A stretch of 64,000 nucleotides of DNA, from positions 62,001-126,000 of the forward strand of contig NIVC01001856.1 in assembly GCA_002269645.1 (NCBI GenBank), written 5' to 3'. Source of the DNA: Macrostomum lignano (Eukaryota). The notes below the pieces were generated by a model. That model was not told the DNA's origin. It worked only from the letters and a program-made list of their open reading frames with translations, and did no database searches. Below, piece by piece: positions 41,656 to 55,218 of this stretch. The position numbers were made by a program, and so were the translations under genes. Each line of letters starts with the position of its first letter. Position 1 is the stretch's first letter.

Positions 41656-42894
41656 CTAGCGTGGCCCCGGTCTGTAACCCTCGTCCTCGAAATTGTGTTT
41701 CACGCGGAACTCGTACCTCTGCTTCTGCGTCTCGTACTTCTCCAGCTTCTCCTCGATGTCGTCCTCCTCGGACTCGCTATCCGCCATGCCAATCAGGGTG
41801 GCCGCCATGACGCCGGCGCACTTGGAGCGTTTTTTGTGCACAACCCAGCGCTCTTTGTCGCTGCAGTGGCAGCCGCAACGGCAGTAAGCTTGTCGTCGAT
41901 GGTAATTTGGAACGTATGGAGGCAGAGAACTTGCTGGGGAATATAGTGTGGAGCGTGTAGTGCAATAGTAGAATAGAGAGTGGTTATTTCATATTTTTAA
42001 CTTTCAATGATTAAACTGTAAAGTATGATTAAAATAAAATCAAAAGTAAACAGCGACTATTCTGAAAATCTTTCAGTCAACGCTGGACTCCGCCACTGCA
42101 CTTACCAAAGCTGTGTGCGTTTTATGCAGCTTAGTGTCTGTCTGCCTGTCTCACTGACTATTGAGTTATCGATTGGGCACCCCATGCGCCCACCAACCCA
42201 TCTGTCACCCCATGCGCCCACCACCCAATCTGTCACCCCATGCGCCCACCACCCCATCTGTCACCCCATGCGCCCACCACCCCATCTGTCACCCCATGCG
42301 CCCACCACCCCATCTGTCACCCCATGCGCCCACCACCCCATCTGTCACCCCATGCGCCCACCACCCCCATCTGTCACCCCATGCGCCCACTATCCCATCT
42401 GTCACTGTAACCCATGCGCCCACAACCCTTTCACTCCATGCGCCCATCATCCCATCTGTCACCCCATGCATCCAACAACCCATCTTGCACCACATGCGCC
42501 TCGACACTCCAGCAGACATCGCGAGGTTTAATTACTATATATTGCGAATTGCTTTCATCTGTTTTCAATATATCAAAGCTAAACTATCGCCTGCCCTGTT
42601 TTGCCACATTGTCTTGCTCAGTTAAACTCTAAATGACGCAACAATACGACCTATATTCTGATTAGATTCCAGTTCACAAATCGCCAACTCACAATTTTTC
42701 CTAACACACGCCGACGACGCTGGCTGCTCCGCTTGCAGCTCGTCGACGGCAGCAGCAACGGCTGCCGCCGACGACTCAGGAGAGTCGCCACAGCCGCCGC
42801 CGCCGCCGTCGCTACTGATGCTGCTGTTGTTGCTCTTCCTCAGGCGGTCTCGCCGAAGTCTACGAGTAGACTGAGCACTGCTGCTGTCCGACAT
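41656..42894 (-). CDS. Uncharacterised small protein (~173 aa) with a CxCxCHC motif and an acidic coiled-coil-like C-terminus
   Basis: Exons 42894-42651 and 41933-41656 (G|GTCGTA donor, CCCCAG acceptor, phase 1 consistent). GC-rich codon usage. No family recognised, and upstream exons are possible. Confidence 0.6.
42175..42490. repeat. 28-bp minisatellite in the intron of the small orphan gene
   Basis: Unit CATGCGCCCACCACCCCATCTGTCACCC. Confidence 0.9.
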
Positions 42895-43414
42895 TCAGCT
42901 AAGGAGCGTTTGAGAAGTGCTAAACTGACCAGCTGTGCCTGTCTTCTCTCAACAGTTGCTCTGCTCTGCTCTGCTCTGCTCTCGCTGTTTTTGTAAGCAG
43001 AGAACGCAAATAAAGTAGGGGGGGGGGGTAGTTGAGCTCGCACACGAGAGCTTCGAACACAATAGGGGGAGGGACTGCACCGTATGAGCGTTGAGAAGAA
43101 AGTGGAGGCGGAGAGCCAGCCTGCTCTCTCACCCGCCTCGTTATATGTGCTCAAAATTTGGCAATTACTTTTCTTCATAGCTTTTATGATATGCTAGTGG
43201 CCCTATTCTCGAGGTCGAAGACGGGAAGTTCTGGCGCACTCTGAGTCATGACATAAAAACAGACTCGCTGCGCTGCCACTACTAGAGTAGTGCAGAAGCA
43301 ACTCGAATTCTTCCCTATTTGGCTGATACGGCTTGAGCCCTGCTTTTTTGTGTCAGGTGTCACTTGACAGTGTCATGTCATAGTCATGTGTTTTGTGACA
43401 TTTGGCATGACACT

Positions 43415-43675
43415 GCATCATGTCAGTCATGTCAGTCATGAGTCATGTCAGTCATGTGAGTCATGTCAGTCATGCCAGTCATGTGAGTCATGTGAGTCAT
43501 GTCAATCAAGTCAGTCATGTCAGTCGTGTGAGTCATATCAGTCATGTCAGTCATGTCAGTCATGTCAGTCATGTCAGTCATGTCAGTCATGTCAGTCATG
43601 TCAGTCATGTCGGTCATGTCGGTCATGTCAGTCATGTCAGTCATGTCAGTCATGTCAGTCATGTCAGTCATGTAT
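43415..43675. repeat. 9-bp tandem repeat
   Basis: (CAGTCATGT)n. Confidence 0.95.
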
Positions 43676-44089
43676 TAGGTCAGAATAATGTAACATTCAT
43701 GTCATCTTCATTTCTTTGCAGTCAAACAACTGCAGAAGAGAAAAGTTGAACGGGAGAAAATTCTCCTCAACTCCTCACGCAGGGCTCAGATTCCCAAGCG
43801 AAGGACTTGGCGGAATGAGAAACCAAAAACACGCGAGCTTCCGAGCAAAGCTCAAAGCTCGATAGACGAATAGCATCTGCCATTGCTTTTCTACCTCTGA
43901 CTCCACCCGACTCTGCGCTGCTCAGTTTTTAGGGGGGGGGGCGGATGACGCCATCTTTGTAGAAAACTCATCGGCTCTGAGTCTGACTCGACACGGGGCG
44001 GCTGTCCCGCTCATGTGGCTTCTTGATGGGGCCTTGAGCTGTCTTTTGTGCTAGCCGCAGCATATTTTAATTGCAGCGAATTTTAGCAA

Positions 44090-45575
44090 GTTCTCTATCG
44101 AATCTCTATCCGATCTCTATCCTATCTCTATCCGATCTCTATCGAATCTCTATCCGATCTCTATCCTATATCTATCCGATCTCTATCGAATCTCTATCCG
44201 ATCTCTATCCTATCTCTATCCGATCTCTATCGAATCTCTATCCGATCTCTATCCGATCTTTATCCGATCTCTATCCAATATCTTTCCGATATATATCCGA
44301 TATATATCCGATCTCTATCCAATCTCTATCGAATCTTTATCCGATCTCTAGCCAATCGCTATCCAATCTCTATCCAATCTCTATCCAATCTCTATCCAAT
44401 CTCTATCCAATCTCTATCCAATCTCTATCCGATATCTATCCAATTTCTATCCAATCTCTCGCCGATCTCTATTCAATCTCTATCAAATCTCTATCCAATC
44501 TCTATCCAATCTCTATCCAATCTCTATCCAATCTCTATCCAATCTCTATCCGATATCTATCCAATCTCTATCCAATCTCTATCTGATATCTATCCAATCT
44601 CTATCCAATCTCTATCTGATATCTATTCAATCTCTATCAAATCTCTATCCAATCTCTATCCAATCTCTATCCAATCTCTATCCAATCTCTATTCAATCTC
44701 TATCCAATCTCTATCCAATCTCTATCCAATCTCTATCCAATCTCTATTCAATCTCTATCCAATCTCTATCCAATCTCTATCCAATCTCTATCGAATCTCT
44801 ATCCAATATCTATCCAATATCTATCCAATCTCTAGCCGATCTCTATTCAATCTCTATCCAATCTCTATCCAATCTCTATCCAATCTCTATCCAATCTCTA
44901 TCCGATATCTATCCAATCTCTATCCAATCTCTAGCCGATCTCTATCCAATCTCTATCCAATCTCTATCCAATCTCTATCCAATCTCTATCCGATATCTAT
45001 CCAATCTCTATCCAATCTCTATCCAATCTCTATCCAATCTCTATCCAATCTCTATCCAATCTCTATCCGATATCTATCCAATCTCTATCCAATCTCTATC
45101 CGATATCTATCCAATCTCTATCCAATCTCTAGCCGATCTCTATCCAATCTCTATCCAATCTCTATCCAATCTCTATCCAATCTCTATCCGATATCTATCC
45201 AATCTCTATCCAATCTCTATCCAATCTCTATCCAATCTCTATCCAATCTCTATCCAATCTCTATCCGATATCTATCCAATCTCTATCCAATCTCTATCTG
45301 ATATCTATCCAATCTCTATCCAATCTCTATCCAATCTCTATCCAATCTCTATCCAATCTCTATCCAATCTCTATCCAATCTCTATCCAATCTCTATCCAA
45401 TCTCTATCCAATCTCTATCCAATCTCTATCCAATCTCTATCCAATCTCTATCCAATCTCTATCCAATCTCTATCCAATCTCTATCCAATCTCTATCCAAT
45501 CTCTATCCAATCTCTATCCAAACTCTATCCAATCTCTATCCAAACTCTATCCAATCTCTATCCGATATCTATCCA
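44090..45575. repeat. 11-bp tandem repeat
   Basis: (TCCAATCTCTA)n with variants. Confidence 0.97.
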
Positions 45576-46188
45576 ATACTATAATAACTCCTGTCATTCG
45601 GCAAAAACTCGTCCCGTTCTCGTCCTTATCAAAAGTTCCCAACTGAAAGCCGTAATCAACAGTGAAAGATTCCAAGCGTTGCTAGTGAAAAATCTCAAGT
45701 AAGTACATTTCTTTGAGAAATAGGACTCTCCATTGCTTTCTTGGCTCTCTTGCCTCAAGCGACACCCTGCAGCTGGGCTGCACTTTTGGCTACTGGCACC
45801 CGGCAACAATCCGGATGACACAGCGGCCTTCATTTCCTGCTCGTTTCCTTGTATTCGAAAGCTCGAAATGTAGAATCTTACATGCATGGCTTACGCTTAG
45901 TGTAATGTTGAAAGTTTTCTTATAAAAAGTACATTTGCACTCTGTTGACAGCCTAACGGGTGTCCCAAAAAGGTGAAATTTTAAACCAAAACTGTGCAAG
46001 ACTATCTGCTCTTGGTTCCTAGCAACCACAAATGCTGAGAGTCAACATTCATAAGATTTGCTTCCCGCAGTTCTTATTTCAATTCATGAGAAACATCATC
46101 GCCATTGAAAGAATGAGTGAATGCCACAGACAAGAGGCTTATTTCTTATTTCGATTGATTTCGACTGATTCAAACTTGGCGGGAGTTG

Positions 46189-49100
46189 TCACACGCTTGA
46201 CTCCTGCAGCATCACTGTTTCCACTCGCTTCTTCACCCCATCTGGTGCCGCAACGGCGGTGCCGCCCACCTGCGTGTCGATGGCAGCCGGCCGGCAGCCA
46301 CAGCACCGTCTGGCGAGTCCGCACAGCCGGCTGGCCAGCAGGGCCTCGCGGAATTCCGCGTTGGCAGCGAAGTGGGCCACGGCGGAGGCGGCCATGCTGG
46401 ACTTGGCGCAGAGCAGCGCGGCGCGCACCAGAGAGCGGTGCAGCCGGCTGTGCTGCCGGATTGGCGAGGCCACGGCGACCGCAGCGGTGACGGCGTAGGG
46501 CGCCCAGCACAGCAGGAAGGCGCCTTGAAGGCGGAGCGAATGCGGTGACTTGATTTAATGGTCAGGCAAATGGCCTCAGATGGAGTGCCTAAAGCAGGGA
46601 CAAACACCATATTCTGTGACCAACACCATATTCTGTGACCAACACCATATTCTGTGACCAACACCAAATTCTGTGACCAACACCATATTCTGTGACCAAC
46701 ACCATATCCTGTGACCAACACCATATTCTGTGACCAACACCATATTCTGTGACCAACACCATATTCTGTGACCAATGGCCAGATGTGCAACCGACAGCTC
46801 AGCCGCAGCTATTGAGCCGCGCATCTGAAGGCTGCGTACGGCTGTTCAGTCCAAGGACTGGGGGGGTCGCCACACACACCCTCAATTACCCCAGCTAATG
46901 CTGGCACCCATTTTACAGCTGGGTGAACTGAAGCAATGCAGAGTTGAGTGTCTTGCTCAAGGACACAAATTTTTCCGAGTGGGATCGGGAATCGAACCCC
47001 CGACCTTTCATTCGTGAGACCGACGCTCTGACCACTAGACTACAACCCTCTTTCTAGTACATCCCGTGTGAGCGTGTGCATGAGCGCAAGCCTGAGTACA
47101 GTATTGGAGCACTGGCATGTGCTCAGGAGGCAGCGGAATGAGCAGAATTGACTCAGCACTGGTTCTGAAACTATGTCACGGAAGAAGTTGCGCTGTCCAG
47201 CCTCCTGCAATGATTACTGCAATATATTATTATACTACACTGTAGAAGTCGAAAGCAATCCTCACCGATCACACACAGGATGTGGATTGCAACGCGGCGC
47301 TCCCGCCTCAGCTGGCTCTCAGCCTGCAAACTGCTCATCTGCCGTTTCGCCCGCAGCTGGAATGTCAAAGTTGCGATGGCAGCTGGGTAAGCAAAGACAG
47401 GACTCGGTTTGAAACACCGACACTAGAAATCATTCACTGAGGCACAGTAAGAATTTGAAGTGGAAGCAGTTTACGTAGAACAAGAGCTTCCAGTAGAAGG
47501 CTGCATATGCTGAGACATAATAAAATATAGAAAGTAGAAATTGAAATACAGGAGTGGCCGCGTTCTCAAAGCACAGCCGGAGACATGATGAAAACGACAC
47601 AAGGAGAACAAAGACTCAAATCACTGGACACAGGTGCTCACGTAGACGAAGATCTTCCAGTAGGACACGCAGACACCAAGACATCGGGTGAAAGACACAG
47701 GATGAAATACACAATGAAATAGACACAGGATAACACAAACCCAAGCCTCAGCATGAGACACAGGTGCTCACGTAGGCGAAGATCTTCCAGTAGGACACGC
47801 AGACACCAAGACATCGGGTGAAACAGACACAGGATGAAATACACACAATGAAATAGACACAGGAGGACACAGACCCAAGCCTCAGTATGAGACACAGGTG
47901 CTCACGTAGGCGAAGATCTTCCAGTAGGACACGCAGACACCAAGACATCGGGTGAAACAGATACAGGATGAAATACACACAATGAAATAGACACAGGAGG
48001 ACACAGACCCAAGCCTCAGCATGAGACACAGGTGCTCACGTAGGCGAAGATCTTCCAGTAGGACACGCAGACACCAAGACATCGGGTGAAACAGACACAG
48101 GATGAAATACACACAATGAAATAGACACAGGAGGACACAGACCCAAGCCTCAGCATGAGACACAGGTGCTCACGTAGGCGAAGATCTTCCAGTAGGACAC
48201 GCAGACACCAAGACATCGGGTGAAACAGACACAGGATGAAATACACACAATGAAATAGACACAGGAGGACACAGACCCTAGCCTCAGCATGAGACACAGG
48301 TGCTCACGTAGGCGAAGATCTTCCAGTAGGACACGCAGACACCAAGACATCGGGTGAAACAGACACAGGATGAAATACACACAATGAAATAGACACAGGA
48401 GGACACAGACCCAAGCCTCAGTATGAGACACAGGTGCTCACGTAGGCGAAGATCTTCCAGTAGGACACGCAGACACCAAGACATCGGGTGAAACAGACAC
48501 AGGATGAAATACACACAATGAAATAGACACAGGAGGACACAGACCCAAGCCTCAGCATGAGACACAGGTGCTCACGTAGGCGAAGATCTTCCAGTAGGAC
48601 ACGCAGACACCAAGACATCGGGTGAAACAGACACAGGATGAAATACACACAATGAAATAGACACAGGAGGACACAGACCCTAGCCTCAGCATGAGACACA
48701 GGTGCTCACGTAGGCGAAGATCTTCCAGTAGGACACGCAGACACCAAGACATCGGGTGAAACAGACACAGGATGAAATACACACAATGAAATAGACACAG
48801 GAGGACACAGACCCAAGCCTCAGCATGAGACACAGGTGCTCACGTAGGCGAAGATCTTCCAGTAGGACACGCAGACACCAAGACATCGGGTGAAACAGAC
48901 ACAGGATGAAATACACACAATGAAATAGACACAGGAGGACACAGACCCAAGCCTCAGTATGAGACACAGGTGCTCACGTAGGCGAAGATCTTCCAGTAGG
49001 ACACGCAGACACCAAGACATCGGGTGAAACAGATACAGGATGAAATACACACAATGAAATAGACACAGGAGGACACAGACCCAAGCCTCAGCATGAGACA

Positions 49101-52100
49101 CAGGTGCTCACGTAGGCGAAGATCTTCCAGTAGGACACGCAGACACCAAGACATCGGGTGAAACAGACACAGGATGAAATACACACAATGAAATAGACAC
49201 AGGAGGACACAGACCCAAGCCTCAGCATGAGACACAGGTGCTCACGTAGGCGAAGATCTTCCAGTAGGACACGCAGACACCAAGACATCGGGTGAAACAG
49301 ACACAGGATGAAATACCACAATGAAATAGACACAGGAGGACACAGACCCAAGCCTCAGCATGAGACACAGGTGCTCACGTAGGCGAAGATCTTCCAGTAG
49401 GACACGCAGACACCAAGACATCGGGTGAAACAGACACAGGATGAAATACACACAATGAAATAGACACAGGAGGACACAGACCCAAGCCTCAGCATGAGAC
49501 ACAGGTGCTCACGTAGGCGAAGATCTTCCAGTAGGACACGCAGACACCAAGACATCGGGTGAAACAGACACAGGATGAAATACACACAATGAAATAGACA
49601 CAGGAGGACACAGACCCTAGCCTCAGCATGAGACACAGGTGCTCACGTAGGCGAAGATCTTCCAGTAGGACACGCAGACACCAAGACATCGGGTGAAACA
49701 GACACAGGATGAAATACACACAATGAAATAGACACAGGAGGACACAGACCCAAGCCTCAGCATGAGACACAGGTGCTCACGTAGGCGAAGATCTTCCAGT
49801 AGGACACGCAGACACCAAGACATCGGGTGAAACAGACACAGGATGAAATACACACAATGAAATAGACACAGGAGGACACAGACCCAAGCCTCAGTATGAG
49901 ACACAGGTGCTCACGTAGGCGAAGATCTTCCAGTAGGACACGCAGACACCAAGACATCGGGTGAAACAGACACAGGATGAAATACCCACAATGAAATAGA
50001 CACAGGAGGACACAGACCCAAGCCTCAGTATGAGACACAGGTGCTCACGTAGGCGAAGATCTTCCAGTAGGACACGCAGACACCAAGACATCGGGTGAAA
50101 CAGACACAGGATGAAATACACACAATGAAATAGACACAGGAGGACACAGACCCAAGCCTCAGTATGAGACACAGGTGCTCACGTAGGCGAAGATCTTCCA
50201 GTAGGACACGCAGACACCAAGACATCGGGTGAAACAGACACAGGATGAAATACACACAATGAAATAGACACAGGAGAACACAGACCCAAGCCTCAGCATG
50301 AGACACAGGTGCTCACGTAGGCGAAGATCTTCCAGTAGGACACGCAGACACCAAGACATCGGGTGAAACAGACACAGGATGAAATACACACAATGAAATA
50401 GACACAGGAGGACACAGACCCTAGCCTCAGCATGAGACACAGGTGCTCACGTAGGCGAAGATCTTCCAGTAGGACACGCAGACACCAAGACATCGGGTGA
50501 AACAGACACAGGATGAAATACACACAATGAAATAGACACAGGAGGACACAGACCCAAGCCTCAGCATGAGACACAGGTGCTCACGTAGGCGAAGATCTTC
50601 CAGTAGGACACGCAGACACCAAGACATCGGGTGAAACAGACACAGGATGAAATACACACAATGAAATAGACACAGGAGGACACAGACCCAAGCCTCAGTA
50701 TGAGACACAGGTGCTCACGTAGGCGAAGATCTTCCAGTAGGACACGCAGACACCAAGACATCGGGTGAAACAGACACAGGATGAAATACACACAATGAAA
50801 TAGACACAGGAGGACACAGACCCAAGCCTCAGTATGAGACACAGGTGCTCACGTAGGCGAAGATCTTCCAGTAGGACACGCAGACACCAAGACATCGGGT
50901 GAAACAGACACAGGATGAAATACACACAATGAAATAGACACAGGAGGACACAGACCCAAGCCTCAGTATGAGACACAGGTGCTCACGTAGGCGAAGATCT
51001 TCCAGTAGGACACGCAGACACCAAGACATCGGGTGAAACAGACACAGGATGAAATACACACAATGAAATAGACACAGGAGGACACAGACCCAAGCCTCAG
51101 TATGAGACACAGGTGCTCACGTAGGCGAAGATCTTCCAGTAGGACACGCAGACACCAAGACATCGGGTGAAACAGACACAGGATGAAATACACACAATGA
51201 AATAGACACAGGAGGACACAGACCCAAGCCTCAGTATGAGACACAGGTGCTCACGTAGGCGAAGATCTTCCAGTAGGACACGCAGACACCAAGACATCGG
51301 GTGAAACAGACACAGGATGAAATACACACAATGAAATAGACACAGGAGGACACAGACCCAAGCCTCAGTATGAGACACAGGTGCTCACGTAGGCGAAGAT
51401 CTTCCAGTAGGACACGCAGACACCAAGACATCGGGTGAAACAGACACAGGATGAAATACACACAATGAAATAGACACAGGAGGACACAGACCCAAGCCTC
51501 AGTATGAGACACAGGTGCTCACGTAGGCGAAGATCTTCCAGTAGGACACGCAGACACCAAGACATCGGGTGAAACAGACACAGGATGAAATACACACAAT
51601 GAAATAGACACAGGAGGACACAGACCCAAGCCTCAGTATGAGACACAGGTGCTCACGTAGGCGAAGATCTTCCAGTAGGACACGCAGACACCAAGACATC
51701 GGGTGAAACAGACACAGGATGAAATACACACAATGAAATAGACACAGGAGGACACAGACCCAAGCCTCAGTATGAGACACAGGTGCTCACGTAGGCGAAG
51801 ATCTTCCAGTAGGACACGCAGACACCAAGACATCGGGTGAAACAGACACAGGATGAAATACACACAATGAAATAGACACAGGAGGACACAGACCCAAGCC
51901 TCAGTATGAGACACAGGTGCTCACGTAGGCGAAGATCTTCCAGTAGGACACGCAGACACCAAGACATCGGGTGAAACAGACACAGGATGAAATACACACA
52001 ATGAAATAGACACAGGAGACACAGACCCAAGCCTCAGCATGAGACACAGGTGCTCACGTAGGCGAAGATCTTCCAGTAGGACACGCAGACACCAAGACAT

Positions 52101-55100
52101 CGGGTGAAACAGACACAGGATGAAATACACACAATGAAATAGACACAGGAGGACACAGACCCAAGCCTCAGCATGAGACACAGGTGCTCACGTAGGCGAA
52201 GATCTTCCAGTAGGACACGCAGACACCAAGACATCGGGTGAAACAGACACAGGATGAAATACACACAATGAAATAGACACAGGAGGACACAGACCCAAGC
52301 CTCAGCATGAGACACAGGTGCTCACGTAGGCGAAGATCTTCCAGTAGGACACGCAGACACCAAGACATCGGGTGAAACAGACACAGGATGAAATACACAC
52401 AATGAAATAGACACAGGAGGACACAGACCCAAGCCTCAGTATGAGACACAGGTGCTCACGTAGGCGAAGATCTTCCAGTAGGACACGCAGACACCAAGAC
52501 ATCGGGTGAAACAGACACAGGATGAAATACACACAATGAAATAGACACAGGAGGACACAGACCCAAGCCTCAGTATGAGACACAGGTGCTCACGTAGGCG
52601 AAGATCTTCCAGTAGGACACGCAGACACCAAGACATCGGGTGAAACAGACACAGGATGAAATACACACAATGAAATAGACACAGGAGGACACAGACCCAA
52701 GCCTCAGTATGAGACACAGGTGCTCACGTAGGCGAAGATCTTCCAGTAGGACACGCAGACACCAAGACATCGGGTGAAACAGACACAGGATGAAATACAC
52801 ACAATGAAATAGACACAGGAGGACACAGACCCAAGCCTCAGTATGAGACACAGGTGCTCACGTAGGCGAAGATCTTCCAGTAGGACACGCAGACACCAAG
52901 ACATCGGGTGAAACAGACACAGGATGAAATACACACAATGAAATAGACACAGGAGGACACAGACCCAAGCCTCAGTATGAGACACAGGTGCTCACGTAGG
53001 CGAAGATCTTCCAGTAGGACACGCAGACACCAAGACATCGGGTGAAACAGACACAGGATGAAATACACACAATGAAATAGACACAGGAGGACACAGACCC
53101 AAGCCTCAGTATGAGACACAGGTGCTCACGTAGGCGAAGATCTTCCAGTAGGACACGCAGACACCAAGACATCGGGTGAAACAGACACAGGATGAAATAC
53201 ACACAATGAAATAGACACAGGAGGACACAGACCCAAGCCTCAGTATGAGACACAGGTGCTCACGTAGGCGAAGATCTTCCAGTAGGACACGCAGACACCA
53301 AGACATCGGGTGAAACAGACACAGGATGAAATACACACAATGAAATAGACACAGGAGGACACAGACCCAAGCCTCAGTATGAGACACAGGTGCTCACGTA
53401 GGCGAAGATCTTCCAGTAGGACACGCAGACACCAAGACATCGGGTGAAACAGACACAGGATGAAATACACACAATGAAATAGACACAGGAGGACACAGAC
53501 CCAAGCCTCAGCATGAGACACAGGTGCTCACGTAGGCGAAGATCTTCCAGTAGGACACGCAGACACCAAGACATCGGGTGAAACAGACACAGGATGAAAT
53601 ACACACAATGAAATAGACACAGGAGGACACAGACCCAAGCCTCAGCATGAGACACAGGTGCTCACGTAGGCGAAGATCTTCCAGTAGGACACGCAGACAC
53701 CAAGACATCGGGTGAAACAGACACAGGATGAAATACACACAATGAAATAGACACAGGAGGACACAGACCCAAGCCTCAGTATGAGACACAGGTGCTCACG
53801 TAGGCGAAGATCTTCCAGTAGGACACGCAGACACCAAGACATCGGGTGAAACAGACACAGGATGAAATACACACAATCAAATAGACACAGGAGAACACAG
53901 ACCCAAGCCTCAGTATGAGACACAGGTGCTCACGTAGGCGAAGATCTTCCAGTAGGACACGCAGACACCAAGACATCGGGTGAAACAGACACAGGATGAA
54001 ATACACACAATGAAATAGACACAGGAGGACACAGACCCAAGCCTCAGCATGAGACACAGGTGCTCACGTAGGCGAAGATCTTCCAGTAGGACACGCAGAC
54101 ACCAAGACATCGGGTGAAACAGACACAGGATGAAATACACACAATGAAATAGACACAGGAGAACACAAACCCAAGCCTCAGCATGAGACACAGGTGCTCA
54201 CGTAGGCGAAGATCTTCCAGTAGGACACGCAGACACCAAGACATCGGGTGAAACAGACACAGGATGAAATACACACAATGAAATAGACACAGGAGAACAC
54301 AGACCCAAGCCTCAGTATGAGACACAGGTGCTCACGTAGGCGAAGATCTTCCAGTAGGACACGCAGACACCAAGACATCGGGTGAAACAGACACAGGATG
54401 AAATACACACAATGAAATAGACACAGGAGGACACAGACCCAAGCCTCAGCATGAGACACAGGTGCTCACGTAGGCGAAGATCTTCCAGTAGGACACGCAG
54501 ACACCAAGACATCGGGTGAAACAGACACAGGATGAAATACACACAATGAAATAGACACAGGAGGACACAGACCCAAGCCTCAGTATGAGACACAGGTGCT
54601 CACGTAGGCGAAGATCTTCCAGTAGGACACGCAGACGATAACCAGTGGCAGAACGAACTGTGCGGTAAGCAGACTCAGCCAGTATGCCCGGTGCCCGGAC
54701 TCGCGGCTCGACCAGTTCAGGTCACAGGTGGACACGGAGCGAACTGCGACGAACAGTGAGTCGCTGACGACAATGGGTAGCATCCATAGCAACGACATGG
54801 CAACCAGGCAAGCGATGAGTCGGACAGCAGCTCGGGTGGACACATTGCGGCTGGCGAGGATGGACCGGCAGCGAAGAAGCGACAGCGCGGTGAGCACGTT
54901 CAGCGACGTGAGGCCCAGCCAGCCAGTCCAGAAGACGTACCAGCGACAGTACCAGCTGGGGAAGCGCCACTGCGGTCTCCAGGCTGCGTGTACATTCAGC
55001 AGAGCGGCCAGGATGCTGCAGAGACAATTGCTGATGAAGCTGGCGCACAACAGCCAGGAGAAGCCGTTCCACAGGGACTTCGAGACGATGTGGGTGTAGG

Positions 55101-55218
55101 CGGCCAGTCCGTTGGCGCTGATGGCCGCGGCGAAGATGAGGGAGAAGCTGGTCGCGTCGATGTAGCTCTCCAGGTCTTCTTCCGCCGCTGAGGTCGCGTT
55201 GACTGTGCCGGCCTGCAT
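46189..55218 (-). CDS. Divergent opsin-like class A GPCR, 346 aa, TM7 Lys retained
   Basis: Exons 55218-54604, 47356-47266 and 46523-46189 (1041 nt, phases 0 and 1). Seven hydrophobic segments, W.F..WYC in ECL1/TM3, TC in ECL2, LPL..I..SYWKI in TM5, FLLCWAPYA in TM6, LCAKSS (Lys296 equivalent) in TM7, N..FR helix 8. Confidence 0.82.
46595..46775. repeat. 19-bp tandem repeat abutting the SINE 3' end in opsin intron 2
   Basis: Unit ACCATATTCTGTGACCAAC, about 9 copies. Confidence 0.93.
46774..47049 (-). mobile_element. tRNA-derived SINE, copy 2 (in opsin intron 2)
   Basis: Aligns over its length with 5611-5879. The head reads GGGTTGTAGTCTAGTGGTCAGAGCGTCGGTCTCACGAATGAAAGGTCGGGGGTTCGATTCCCGATCCC with A and B boxes. 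Confidence 0.87.
47632..54636 (-). repeat. 134-bp tandem array, about 52 copies, made of the opsin exon 1 end plus its splice donor
   Basis: In gene orientation each unit ends GTCTGCGTGTCCTACTGGAAGATCTTCGCCTAC|GTGAGCACCTG. The first copy is the real exon end (VCVSYWKIFAY). Confidence 0.98.

Noticed and set aside
47632-54636. About 52 near-identical 93-aa ORFs, superficially a tandem gene cluster or CRISPR-like array
   Set aside because: They are frames through a 134-bp satellite. There are no unique spacers, no cas genes, and the DNA is eukaryotic.
47632-54636. Hammerhead ribozyme in the satellite unit (as in schistosome satellites)
   Set aside because: No CUGANGA core with a matching GAAA was found on either strand by eye.
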